The notes beneath the pieces were generated by a model. It saw only the letters and a program-made list of their open reading frames with translations, was not told where the DNA came from and ran no database searches. Of a DNA stretch of 64,000 nt, positions 11,130 to 20,715 are shown piece after piece (positions within the stretch are counted from its first letter, which is position 1; every line of letters begins with the position of its first letter). The stretch is from Candidatus Dojkabacteria bacterium. GTDB lineage: Bacteria; Patescibacteriota; Dojkabacteria; GCA-002793355. Position numbers and translations under genes: made by a program. Location of the stretch: assembly GCA_030583685.1 (NCBI GenBank), contig CP129470.1, forward strand, positions 20,345 to 84,344, in the 5' to 3' direction.

Positions 11130-13399
11130 GAATTCCATCACTAGACACATTCGACTTCCTCGCAATACTTCTGTGGATTGCCGTTTTACTTCCCGCTATT
11201 CAATTACCTTCCTCAGCAACGTTCACATTTCTGAGAAGTGTCTTCTTTATTGCTTGGGTCGCGCTGTTTGTACTGTATGTTGCGTTCAGAATCAATGCCG
11301 AGAAAAAGATTGTTTTTTATTCGGCAACAGCGGCTAATGGTTTAATGGCAGCGATAGCTGGTTCTTTCCTACTTTCATTTATACTGTCAGCCTCACCAAT
11401 TGATTCATTATATGGGTATGATCTTTCTTTCTCCTCAAGTTTCCTTGTGTTGATTTCACTGGTCGTATTCTATTTCACGTTGAAACTTGCTGGACTCTCT
11501 CTAGAATACTCAGTATCTCGAATTTTCTCAGTTCTTCCAATAACACTTGTTGCCATAGATTTGATTGCACTCGTGAGTTACCTCCTTCCACAAGGGTTTT
11601 ACACTGCAATCTTTGGTACATATGCCCAATATTTTAGTTTTTTTGCCAATTCACCCGCAGGATTACTTGGTGGCGTATCTCAATCATTGTTTCTCCACAT
11701 CATTGCCTTAGCGGTTGCACTCTGGCAAATTGCGACAGTCTACAAAAAAGGTGAGCCACTCTCACTTGGATTGTATCGACGAGCAGTTGTCGGCGGTTTC
11801 CTTCTATTGGTAACTGCGTATCTCCTGACAGTTTCGTTTACGTTCTCGATTCTTTCTGTTGCCGTGGCATTTGGCGTATTAGCGACCATTGCGTTCCTTA
11901 TTGTGTCCACAAATAACCCGAGAGTAAAGCAATTTGGCGTATTTGCGCTTATTTCTCTGGGTGTTGTTGCCATTATTACCTTTGCAACCCTTCAGCTTGG
12001 AACCTTCGGTACTGCTTCACAAGTTACCATTCCTTCACAAACCTCATCAACAATTATTCAGAATAGTTTCAGAAATCAAGGCGTACAACTATGGCGCTAT
12101 TTCACCGGGTATGGGGTAGGTACATTCCCGTATTTGTACCTACAACATCGTCCAATCGATGCAGCTATTAGATTTGGCAACGACACGTATTTCTTTAAAC
12201 CCGCAACCTTTGTTGGAGAACTCTTTATTGAACATGGTGTCATTGGAGTCCTTGTTCTGCTAGGCTTTCTGACCGCGTTAGTATTAGCTTACAAAGGTGC
12301 AAGCTCAAGAGCGATGATGACTCCAGAAGCTGTCATATTGCTCCTTGCTGTTGGATTCTTGCTTACCTCACCATCTTCGCTCGCCGTTCTCATCGTATTC
12401 TTTGCAGCAGCAGCGGCATTGCTTGATAAAGCAGAATCACTTCCTGAGCTCCTCCCGAGTGTGAGAGCAGTCGATGTAAAAGAATCAACGTACACAAATA
12501 AAGCGGTTGCAAAAACAGGTGTAGCACTCTTGACACTTTCTGTTGCGTACACGCTTTTTGTTGTGCTTTCACTTGTTCCCCCTACAGTTACCATGGCAGG
12601 ATATGCAAAATCATTACAACGATATGCCGTTGCCAAATTACAACTTTCGCAAGGTTCAACAGAATCGTCAAAAACCTTCATGGATGCATATGCACTTGCA
12701 AGTCGATATCGTCAGTATTGCGACAAATGTGCTCAGCTTCCCTATCTCAACCTTAGTACGCTGGTCGCAAGTACAGATCTGTATGCAGGATTAACCTTGG
12801 AACAGCGTAATGCATCAGCTGAGCTACGTGATATTCGAAATATGACACTACAAGGAATTACTGACTTGCTTGGTAAGAATACCATTCGATACGATTATTG
12901 GCTCACAATTTCTCAAGCGTATCAACTTATTGCAGAAGACGAAAAGAGTGCCAGCTTATACATTCTTGCACTACAAGGCGCGAGAAATGCACTTTCAGTT
13001 AACCCTTATTCTGTCGAAGCAAACTATCTCTTCTTAGATATGCTTCTGAAAACGGGAAACACACCAGAAATCAACACTCGTGTGAAAGAGACAGTCGCCT
13101 TGCTCAAACAACTGGTTGGTACACCGTATAGGATTCAGTTTACAGACGGAATCATTGCAGCAAGAGAGCAGAAGTATGACGAAGCAATTTCTCTTTTTGA
13201 AAAGATCAAAACTGAAGCACAAAATGCAGCAAATCTAAACGAGAATGACAAAAAACTTATTGTCTCACTTGCAGAACAGAGAATTGAAGAGGTAAAGAAA
13301 TTGAAGACGGGAACTCCTCAAACTGAGCAGTATACTACGCCGAGACCAACACAAACACCACGTCCAACACCGACCGTAACGCAACAATCTGAAAACTAA
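11099..13399 (+). CDS. Large polytopic membrane protein (about 12 TM; O-antigen-ligase/oligosaccharyltransferase-like topology) with C-terminal TPR-like repeats and a Pro/Thr-rich tail
   Basis: N-terminal 450 aa almost entirely hydrophobic helices; C-terminal helical repeats (AYQLIAEDEKSASLYILALQGARNAL...) resembling TPR; ends in TPRPTQTPRPTPTVTQQ. Confidence 0.5.
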   Translation: MAQQKKRFTLRIPSLDTFDFLAILLWIAVLLPAIQLPSSATFTFLRSVFFIAWVALFVLYVAFRINAEKKIVFYSATAANGLMAAIAGSFLLSFILSASPIDSLYGYDLSFSSSFLVLISLVVFYFTLKLAGLSLEYSVSRIFSVLPITLVAIDLIALVSYLLPQGFYTAIFGTYAQYFSFFANSPAGLLGGVSQSLFLHIIALAVALWQIATVYKKGEPLSLGLYRRAVVGGFLLLVTAYLLTVSFTFSILSVAVAFGVLATIAFLIVSTNNPRVKQFGVFALISLGVVAIITFATLQLGTFGTASQVTIPSQTSSTIIQNSFRNQGVQLWRYFTGYGVGTFPYLYLQHRPIDAAIRFGNDTYFFKPATFVGELFIEHGVIGVLVLLGFLTALVLAYKGASSRAMMTPEAVILLLAVGFLLTSPSSLAVLIVFFAAAAALLDKAESLPELLPSVRAVDVKESTYTNKAVAKTGVALLTLSVAYTLFVVLSLVPPTVTMAGYAKSLQRYAVAKLQLSQGSTESSKTFMDAYALASRYRQYCDKCAQLPYLNLSTLVASTDLYAGLTLEQRNASAELRDIRNMTLQGITDLLGKNTIRYDYWLTISQAYQLIAEDEKSASLYILALQGARNALSVNPYSVEANYLFLDMLLKTGNTPEINTRVKETVALLKQLVGTPYRIQFTDGIIAAREQKYDEAISLFEKIKTEAQNAANLNENDKKLIVSLAEQRIEEVKKLKTGTPQTEQYTTPRPTQTPRPTPTVTQQSEN

Positions 13400-13755
13400 T
13401 CGTAAGAGAGAAATTGTTCGAGGCGATATACTGAATATTTCTGTGTTGTTTTACCTACTCTCAGATAGTGAAGGAGCATGCATGAATTTGGATAGTATGC
13501 GTGAGCGCCAAAAACCAGTGTTTTGAGTTTTTTCTGCGGAAACACGAGCATTATATCGCTTGCCTGGTCATCTTGAAGCGTCACCGTTCTAACTTCGTGT
13601 ATGAATATACTCTGACGTGACCTTAAAAAGCTAATGATATCAAACTCAAACCTACCTCTTCGGACGTTCGTGCCGAGTATCAGGTGACCACTTTTTTGAA
13701 GTCTCCGTTTTACATATGATTCGCCAAATTGTTGAAGGCCTCGAGTCCTATCCAC
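13396..13755 (-). CDS. yraN: YraN-like (UPF0102) predicted endonuclease
   Basis: RFEFDII and IFIHEVRT motifs resemble the GEIDII / FVEVKTR motifs of UPF0102; located directly downstream of rnhB, the conserved rplS-rnhB-yraN arrangement. Confidence 0.5.
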   Translation of the reverse strand: MDRTRGLQQFGESYVKRRLQKSGHLILGTNVRRGRFEFDIISFLRSRQSIFIHEVRTVTLQDDQASDIMLVFPQKKLKTLVFGAHAYYPNSCMLLHYLRVGKTTQKYSVYRLEQFLSYD

Positions 13756-13778
13756 AGTTCATGAGTATAAACCAACCT

Positions 13779-14381
13779 TTATGATTCAGGAATAAAGGTC
13801 TTTCGATGAAGCATCGTGTATCCATAAGTTGCAATTTCTTCAAAATGCTTACGTGTACCATACCCTTTATGAGAAGAAAATGAATACTGGGGAAACTGCG
13901 CTTCGTACGTCATCATTAGTCTATCTCGATATACTTTTGCAAGGATCGAAGCAACAGCAATAGCGTAGTGTTTCATATCTCCCTTGTTGTACTGATACGT
14001 TCTTCCGGGAAGCGGAATGGTTGCTTTCTCGCCGTCCATCAGAATTACAGCAGGTCGTGTTTGTAACTTCCAGTAGGCACGAAGCATAGCAAGATGCGTT
14101 GCACGTCTAATTCCCAGTGCATCAATTTCTGGTGCGGAAGCCTCTGCAACCGCATGGCATGGATATTGTGTGAGTATTTTTGCGTAGAACTGTTCGCGTT
14201 GTGATTCTGAGAGCAGTTTTGAATCTCTGATTCCTGTAAGACAATGAGATGAATCATTAATGAGAACAATTCCTGCAACCACTGGGCCTGCGATACAACC
14301 TCTACCAACCTCATCAATACCTGCAACTGAAACATACTTTTGCAGGAGTGTAAATTCTAAGGAAAAATGTGCAAACTGCAT
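13779..14381 (-). CDS. rnhB: Ribonuclease HII
   Basis: GIDEVGRGCIAGPVV N-terminal motif (catalytic DE), DSK, and C-terminal HKGYGT region. Confidence 0.9.
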   Translation of the reverse strand: MQFAHFSLEFTLLQKYVSVAGIDEVGRGCIAGPVVAGIVLINDSSHCLTGIRDSKLLSESQREQFYAKILTQYPCHAVAEASAPEIDALGIRRATHLAMLRAYWKLQTRPAVILMDGEKATIPLPGRTYQYNKGDMKHYAIAVASILAKVYRDRLMMTYEAQFPQYSFSSHKGYGTRKHFEEIATYGYTMLHRKTFIPES

Positions 14382-14875
14382 TATGCAGCCGGTTCAACTG
14401 ATGCGTCTTGGGGTACTGCAACAGCTTTCTTTTCGCGAACTCGAAGTGCTTTCTTACCAACTCGGTTTCGAAGATAGTACAATTTTGCACGTCGTGGTTT
14501 ACCTTGGGCAACGATTTCTAATTTTTCTAATACTGGAGAAAACAAAGGAATAATCTTCTCAACGCCAATTCCATCTGCACCAATTTTACGAACAACAAAC
14601 TTTTTATTGTTTCCATATCCTTTCATAGCAACAACAACACCACGAAATGGCTGTGATTTAAGGTTCTCCATTTCGTCAAAGACTTTACCTGCATCTTGCG
14701 CTTTTTTCATTGCTTGCTTTTCAGCTGTCGTCAACGTTTTTTGGACCTTTTTGATGACAATAATTTTTGTATGAGCGACAACGGTATCACCAACAGCAAC
14801 TGATTGGCGAGCTTCCATATCAGGGAATTCTTTAACAAATTGTGCTGAAACTTTCTTCATTACTTCACTATTCAT
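14381..14875 (-). CDS. rplS: 50S ribosomal protein L19
   Basis: GDTV..H.KI motif; C-terminal GIGVEKIIPLFSPVLEKLEIVAQGKPRRAKLYYLR, the classic L19 signature. Confidence 0.85.
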   Translation of the reverse strand: MNSEVMKKVSAQFVKEFPDMEARQSVAVGDTVVAHTKIIVIKKVQKTLTTAEKQAMKKAQDAGKVFDEMENLKSQPFRGVVVAMKGYGNNKKFVVRKIGADGIGVEKIIPLFSPVLEKLEIVAQGKPRRAKLYYLRNRVGKKALRVREKKAVAVPQDASVEPAA

Positions 14876-14934
14876 GCGGTAATAATACCATAACCGCCCC
14901 CCAAGGTCAACGCTCTTCGTGCTAGAATAGGGAT

Positions 14935-16791
14935 ATGTCAGATATCAAAAAATTATCCCAGCACGTCATTAATCAAATTGCTGCGGGAGAAGTTGTTGAA
15001 CGTCCAGCATCCGTTGTCAAAGAGCTTATTGAAAATGCGATCGACGCTGGAGCAAACAAAATTGATGTTATTGTTGTTGATGGTGGTTTATCGAAAATTG
15101 AAGTCAAAGATAACGGAAAGGGAATTTCTCGAGAAGATCTTCCCCTAACAATCGAACGCTACGCAACAAGTAAACTCAGTAAGACAGAGGATTTAGAATC
15201 ACTTCTGACCTATGGGTTTCGAGGAGAGGCTCTTGCTGCAATTAGCTCTGTCAGCACTACGACAATTGTCAGTCGGAAGGGAGAAGAAGCATATGAATTA
15301 GTCACCACCAATGGTAGTGCACCTGCCATTACGCCGAGTTCTCGGTCTCAGGGAACAACAGTAACAATAGATAATTTGTTTCAATCACTTCCTGCCCGAC
15401 AAAAGTTTCTTAAGTCTGCAGAAACAGAATATCGGTACATCCTCAAAATGTTTACAAGTTTTGCGTTATTAAACGGTAACATACACGTCACACTCACGCA
15501 CAATGGAAAGGAGATTTATAATCTTCCGATATCTTCAGAATCACTTTTTCCAAAAGAGAGAGTTGCCGCGTTATACGCAGTCGATAAAAATGATTTGCTG
15601 AAGATTACTCATCAAGAATATGGTATTTCTGTATCAGGTTACCTCCTTCATCCGCGGTCACTCAAAGCTACAAGTAAATTTTTTCAAACATATATCAACT
15701 CAAGACCAGTAGAGGATAAAGGTGTGTTTAAAGCTACCTCACAAGGTCTCAGTGGGTTTGTACCAGATTTCTATAAACCGACGGCAATTGTACACATTTC
15801 TCTCGCTCCAAATCAGGTTGACAGTAATGTACACCCCCGAAAAACCGAGGTTTCATTAATCAACCCCTTCCGCGTTTACAGTGCGGTAACTCACGCAGTT
15901 CGTGCTGCACTTCAACAAGGTGTTGTTCTTGTTGACAAATCCTATCTTCAAAAAAACGATAGTACCGTTCCTCAGGGTGCAACTTTCTCCCGCAATTCTT
16001 GGGAACAGAGGCAAGAGAATGCATTTCAACGATTGCGAGGGAATCAGCCCGAATTTCTTTTCGATAACGCACAGGCGAATCACTATGGGGAAGCTCCCGA
16101 ACCCTTGATGCAAGATGACATTAGTAACCGTACTACTAGTGAATCTGCCGACGCTATCCCTGAGTACATCGTATCTCAAGCACGCAACTCACTAAGTGAC
16201 GCTACTGTATCTCCCGTTCTCGGAAGATATATTATCGTCGGGTTCATCGATGAACTCTGGATGATTGATCAGCATGCAGCAGCTGAACGCATTCGATATG
16301 AGCAATTAAAAAAATCGTATCTGGCAGAAGTTTCACTCCCGCAACAACATGTACTGACGCCACTCTCAATTCAGATAACGGCAGAAGAACAGGTTGTTCT
16401 CAAAAAACATCACGGTCTACTGAAGAGACTTGGGTTTACCAATAAATTTGACGACAATAGATTATTGATCACCTCAGTTCCAACATTTTTACAGAAAGCC
16501 GACACTGAACAACTTATTCGTGACACACTTGCAGAGTTGCTGCTTCATGATGAAACATTTCTGAGTCCAGTTATTGAGGATTTTACTTCCTCTCGTTCCA
16601 TCAGCCATATTATTGCGACCATGGCATGCCATAGCAGTATCCGGATGAATGAAAGAATCTCCGCTCAAGAGGCTCAGTCAATTGTAAAGAATCTTCTGGA
16701 ATGTGACATTCCTTATGCTTGTCCTCACGGAAGAAGAGTAGTCTGGCGACTCAGTAAGGAAGAGATTGATCGTCAATTTATGCGGACATAG
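14935..16791 (+). CDS. mutL: DNA mismatch repair protein MutL
   Basis: GHKL ATPase N-terminus: INQIAAGEVVERPASVVKELIENAIDAGA, GFRGEAL, Bergerat-fold spacing; C-terminal dimerisation region. Confidence 0.9.
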   Translation: MSDIKKLSQHVINQIAAGEVVERPASVVKELIENAIDAGANKIDVIVVDGGLSKIEVKDNGKGISREDLPLTIERYATSKLSKTEDLESLLTYGFRGEALAAISSVSTTTIVSRKGEEAYELVTTNGSAPAITPSSRSQGTTVTIDNLFQSLPARQKFLKSAETEYRYILKMFTSFALLNGNIHVTLTHNGKEIYNLPISSESLFPKERVAALYAVDKNDLLKITHQEYGISVSGYLLHPRSLKATSKFFQTYINSRPVEDKGVFKATSQGLSGFVPDFYKPTAIVHISLAPNQVDSNVHPRKTEVSLINPFRVYSAVTHAVRAALQQGVVLVDKSYLQKNDSTVPQGATFSRNSWEQRQENAFQRLRGNQPEFLFDNAQANHYGEAPEPLMQDDISNRTTSESADAIPEYIVSQARNSLSDATVSPVLGRYIIVGFIDELWMIDQHAAAERIRYEQLKKSYLAEVSLPQQHVLTPLSIQITAEEQVVLKKHHGLLKRLGFTNKFDDNRLLITSVPTFLQKADTEQLIRDTLAELLLHDETFLSPVIEDFTSSRSISHIIATMACHSSIRMNERISAQEAQSIVKNLLECDIPYACPHGRRVVWRLSKEEIDRQFMRT

Positions 16792-16843
16792 CCCGCGACT
16801 TCACTTGTATAAGTACACTGTTTTCTAGTATAATTCTGCAAGT

Positions 16844-16926
16844 GCCGGGGTGGTGGAATGGCAGACACGCTACCTTGAGGTGGTAGTGCCCGTAAGGGTG
16901 TGGAGGTTCGACTCCTCTTCCCGGCA
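16844..16926 (+). tRNA. tRNA-Leu (anticodon GAG) with long variable arm
   Basis: Acceptor GCCGGGG/CCCGGCA pairing, anticodon loop TTGAGGT, long extra arm GCCCGTAAGGGTGT, T-loop GGTTCGACTCC. Confidence 0.85.
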
Positions 16927-16942
16927 TATCTCGATTTTCAAT

Positions 16943-17017
16943 CGGGGCGTAGTTCAGTTGGCTAGAACGCACGGTTTGGGACCGTGAGGTCGCGAGTTCG
17001 AGTCCCGCCGCCCCGAT
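16943..17017 (+). tRNA. tRNA-Pro (anticodon TGG)
   Basis: Acceptor CGGGGCG/CGCCCCG, D-arm GTTCAGTTGGCTAGAAC, anticodon stem-loop CACGG-TTTGGGA-CCGTG, T-loop TTCGAGT; 17 nt after tRNA-Leu. Confidence 0.85.
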
Positions 17018-17383
17018 TGAACAGTACGAGTTCTTCCGCAAGGTCACTAAAAGCCTTATACAATGGGCTGATTCCTAAGTTCGTAAGTTTCCCATTTTCA
17101 ATCTTTGGACAGTTCGTAAACATGTCCGCCAGTATCTCTCTACGCTGATCAATGGATTTAGTTGATTATGAGGAAGATGTTGAAGACTGGCAAATCCATT
17201 TAGTAAATTAATTTTCATAACCTTTGAGGGTTAGAAGGTAAAACCCTCAAAATTTGAGCAGTTGAAACTTACTTTCTTTATCTCTAGCCGAAATAAGAAA
17301 GTAAGCAAAGAAAGTTGGCTTTGTTTTTTACATTCTCTTTACAATAGAGTAAAATATTTCTATCTTATTTTGTTAGCACATAC

Positions 17384-17608
17384 TTGATGGATAAGAAAAG
17401 ATCCGATATCGGAAAGGCAATACAAAAAGTGAGGTTAGATAAGGGATTGACTCAAGAGGAATTATCTCGCAAGGCTGATATTCCATATACAACTCTTGCG
17501 AAAATCGAAAGCGGAATGGTTGTAAATCCTAGATTTAAAACCCTTCAAAAAATTGCAACTGCTTTGGAAGTTACAATTGATTATTTAATTAAGTTAGATG
17601 GTAAATAA
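17384..17608 (+). CDS. XRE/Cro-C1-family HTH transcriptional regulator (putative controller of the downstream R-M operon)
   Basis: LTQEELSRKADIPYTTLAKIESG HTH_3 motif; 74 aa; stop overlaps the hsdM start. Confidence 0.75.
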   Translation: MMDKKRSDIGKAIQKVRLDKGLTQEELSRKADIPYTTLAKIESGMVVNPRFKTLQKIATALEVTIDYLIKLDGK

Positions 17609-19358
17609 CATGGCAAAATCAAATCTACATTCAATTATTAGCTTTATTTGGTCTGTAGCAGATGATGTTCTGAGAGATCACTATAAAAAAGGTGAATATC
17701 CAAATGTAATTTTACCAATGACAGTAATAAGAAGAATTGACCTTTCTCTCGATGATACAAAAGCTGATGTCGTAAAGGCATACGAAGACTACAAAGACAA
17801 AATTATTAATCCTCAAGGTCTTCTTGAAAGTGCTTCAAAAAAGAAATACTACAACTACTCGAAATACACTCTTAAAACCCTTTTAAACGAACCAAAAAAC
17901 CTGAAAGAGAATACTCTTTCGTATTTAAACAGCTATTCCGATAATGTAAAAGACATCATCGAAAAGTTTGAGCTTAAGAATATTGTTGAAAAATGCAGTC
18001 GAGATGGAATACTTTTCTCATTAATTGAGAAGTTTGCAGATCCAAAAGTAGCTATTTCCCCTACCGAATTATCAAATCATGAAATGGGACATGTATTTGA
18101 AGATTTAATAAGGCGATTTAACGAAGAAAATAATGAGGAGGCAGGGGAACACTTCACTCCAAGAGAAGTTATTAAACTGATGAATCGAATTGTCTTTGAT
18201 CCTGTTAAAGACAAAATTAAGGATATCGGAACTATTCTTGTATATGATCCTGCATGTGGAACTGGTGGTATGCTTTCAGAATCCAAAGAATATCTGAAGG
18301 ACATTCTTAAATATGATGGTTTTATTCACTTATTTGGTCAAGAAGTAAATGATAAAACATATGCAACTTGTAAAGCAGACCTGCTTATTAAAGGTGAAGA
18401 TCCCGATGGTGTAGCTTTTGGTTCAACATTATCAAATGATGGTTTTCCTGATAAGAAGTTTGATTTTATGCTTACAAATCCTCCATATGGAAAAACTTGG
18501 AAAGACGATCAAAAGAAGCTATTAGTTGGCGATGGGAAGAAGAAACAAATTGTTGATAGTAGGTTTCAAATTGGTATCCCAAGAGTTTCCGATGGACAAC
18601 TATTGTTTGTCGAGCATATGCTTTCCAAAATGAAAACTGATACAGAACTAGGATCAAGAATAGCCTCTGTTCATAATGGCTCAGCTCTCTTTACTGGTGA
18701 TGCAGGACAAGGAGAAAGTGAGATTAGAAAATATTTGTTTGAAAATGATCTAATTGACGCAATTATTGCGCTCCATTCAGATATGTTTTACAACACAGGA
18801 ATACCGACTTATATCTTGTTAATAACTAACAAAAAGCATGAAAAAAGAGTAGGTAAAATTCAACTAATCAATGCTACATCAGAGGAATTTTATACAAACC
18901 TTAAAAAGACTTTAGGCCAAAAAAGAGTTGAAATTACGGATGCACAGATAAATAAAATCTATGAGATTTATACTAAATTTGAAAATTCTGAATTTTCAAA
19001 AATATTTTCTAATAAAGAGTTCGGATATACGCAAATAAAGGTGCACCAACCGAAGAAAGATGAAAAAGGAAATATTATTAGAAAGAAAATGGGAGGTGTC
19101 GAAATTGATAAAAGCTTAGAGGATATTGAAAATATCCCATTGAAAATGGATATTGATACATTCTTTAATGAAGAGGTTAAAAAATATTATCCTGATGCTT
19201 GGTATGAACCTGATGAATCAAAAATTGGATATGAAATAAACTTTAATAAATACTTTTATAAGTTTACTCCGCCTAGATCATCAGATGTAATTTTAAATGA
19301 GTTGAGAATACTTGATAAAGAAACAGACTCATTACTTAAGGAATTACTTAAAGATTAA
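17598..19358 (+). CDS. hsdM: Type I restriction-modification system N6-adenine DNA methyltransferase subunit
   Basis: Motif I (DPACGTGGML), catalytic motif IV NPPYG (MLTNPPYGKTW), N-terminal HsdM_N helical domain. Confidence 0.9.
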   Translation: MVNNMAKSNLHSIISFIWSVADDVLRDHYKKGEYPNVILPMTVIRRIDLSLDDTKADVVKAYEDYKDKIINPQGLLESASKKKYYNYSKYTLKTLLNEPKNLKENTLSYLNSYSDNVKDIIEKFELKNIVEKCSRDGILFSLIEKFADPKVAISPTELSNHEMGHVFEDLIRRFNEENNEEAGEHFTPREVIKLMNRIVFDPVKDKIKDIGTILVYDPACGTGGMLSESKEYLKDILKYDGFIHLFGQEVNDKTYATCKADLLIKGEDPDGVAFGSTLSNDGFPDKKFDFMLTNPPYGKTWKDDQKKLLVGDGKKKQIVDSRFQIGIPRVSDGQLLFVEHMLSKMKTDTELGSRIASVHNGSALFTGDAGQGESEIRKYLFENDLIDAIIALHSDMFYNTGIPTYILLITNKKHEKRVGKIQLINATSEEFYTNLKKTLGQKRVEITDAQINKIYEIYTKFENSEFSKIFSNKEFGYTQIKVHQPKKDEKGNIIRKKMGGVEIDKSLEDIENIPLKMDIDTFFNEEVKKYYPDAWYEPDESKIGYEINFNKYFYKFTPPRSSDVILNELRILDKETDSLLKELLKD

Positions 19359-20698
19359 TGAAAAAGTATAATAATTACAAGCAAACATTCGTGGATTGGA
19401 TTGGAGAGATACCAGAGCAATGGAAAGTAAAACCACTTATGGCTGTATTACAACAACGTAATGAAAAAAATGATCCTGTAAAAACAGAGCAGATTCTTTC
19501 GCTTTCAATCGCAGATGGTGTAACACTATATTCTCATATTGGTAGAGGAGGTAACAAGTCTAAAGGTGATTTGACTGCTTACAAGATAGCTCATGAGGGG
19601 GATATTGTTATGAATAGTATGAATGTTATTGTCGGAGCTGTAGGTCTCTCTAGATATTTTGGAGCAATTAGTCCAGTATATTATGCACTGTTCCCTAAAG
19701 ATGATTCGGTGGAAATTAAATTTTATGAGAATATCTTTAAAAGCAAAGCTTTTCAGAAATTTCTTATGGTATATGGCAAGGGTATACTTATCAAGAAAAG
19801 TGCCTCAGGAAAATTAAATACAATTAGAATGAAGGTCTCTTCAACCGATCTTAGGCGAACACTCCTACCAGTACCTGCGTACATAGAACAAGTAGCAATA
19901 GGACAAGCCCTTGATGAAGCCAACCGCAAGATTGATAAAGTAGTTGAAGGAAAACGTCAGTATATTAACCTCCTTAAAGAATATAAACAGTCAAAAATTA
20001 ATGAATTAGTAACAAAAGGTCTGAACCCAAATGTAAAGATGAAGGATAGTGGGATTGAGTGGTTAGGAGAAATTCCTGAACATTGGGACACCCTGAGACT
20101 CAAAACAATAATTAGTACTTCAAAAAATGGTATTTGGGGTGAAGATGTTAATCAAAATAAACACAATTATCCATGTATTAGAGTTGCAGATTTTGATTAT
20201 ACCCATTACTGTGTAAAAGATGAAATTCTAACATTACGTTCTTATGCTGACAAAGATATTGTGTATCTTATTGAAGAACCGTCTGTATTAATTGAGAAAT
20301 CTGGCGGAGGTGAAAAAATGCCTGTAGGAAGAATTGTTTATTATAACTCTTCAAAACCTTGCATGTGTTCCAATTTTATTTCAAGAATTAAAGTTAAAGA
20401 AGAAAAGGTGTTATTACAATATTTTGTATATTTTATGAGTGTTTTATATTCCAAGAGAGTAATTACAAAATCAATTAAGGCTACTACAGGCATTCAGAAC
20501 ATTGACGAGTATAGTCTTTTTGCCGAAAAAATACTTATACCTCCTGTAAATGAACAGTCTCAAATAGTTAACATAATTAAATCTGTTATTGGTAAATATG
20601 ATCAATTAGTTGAAAAAGCAGAGAAACAGATAGAATTAATTCAACAATATCGCCAATCACTAATATATGAATTAGTAACTGGTAAAAGAAAACCTTAA
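19358..20698 (+). CDS. hsdS: Type I restriction-modification system specificity subunit (two target-recognition domains)
   Basis: Two repeated TRD halves, each followed by a conserved coiled-coil spacer (LIELIQQYRQSLIYELVTGK at the C-terminus; similar central repeat). Start ATGA overlaps the hsdM stop. Confidence 0.8.
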   Translation: MKKYNNYKQTFVDWIGEIPEQWKVKPLMAVLQQRNEKNDPVKTEQILSLSIADGVTLYSHIGRGGNKSKGDLTAYKIAHEGDIVMNSMNVIVGAVGLSRYFGAISPVYYALFPKDDSVEIKFYENIFKSKAFQKFLMVYGKGILIKKSASGKLNTIRMKVSSTDLRRTLLPVPAYIEQVAIGQALDEANRKIDKVVEGKRQYINLLKEYKQSKINELVTKGLNPNVKMKDSGIEWLGEIPEHWDTLRLKTIISTSKNGIWGEDVNQNKHNYPCIRVADFDYTHYCVKDEILTLRSYADKDIVYLIEEPSVLIEKSGGGEKMPVGRIVYYNSSKPCMCSNFISRIKVKEEKVLLQYFVYFMSVLYSKRVITKSIKATTGIQNIDEYSLFAEKILIPPVNEQSQIVNIIKSVIGKYDQLVEKAEKQIELIQQYRQSLIYELVTGKRKP

Positions 20699-20715
20699 AT
20701 TATGAAATAATCAAT

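Noticed and set aside
16778-17047. 89-aa minus-strand ORF
   Set aside because: It overlaps both tRNA-Leu and tRNA-Pro on the opposite strand; spurious.
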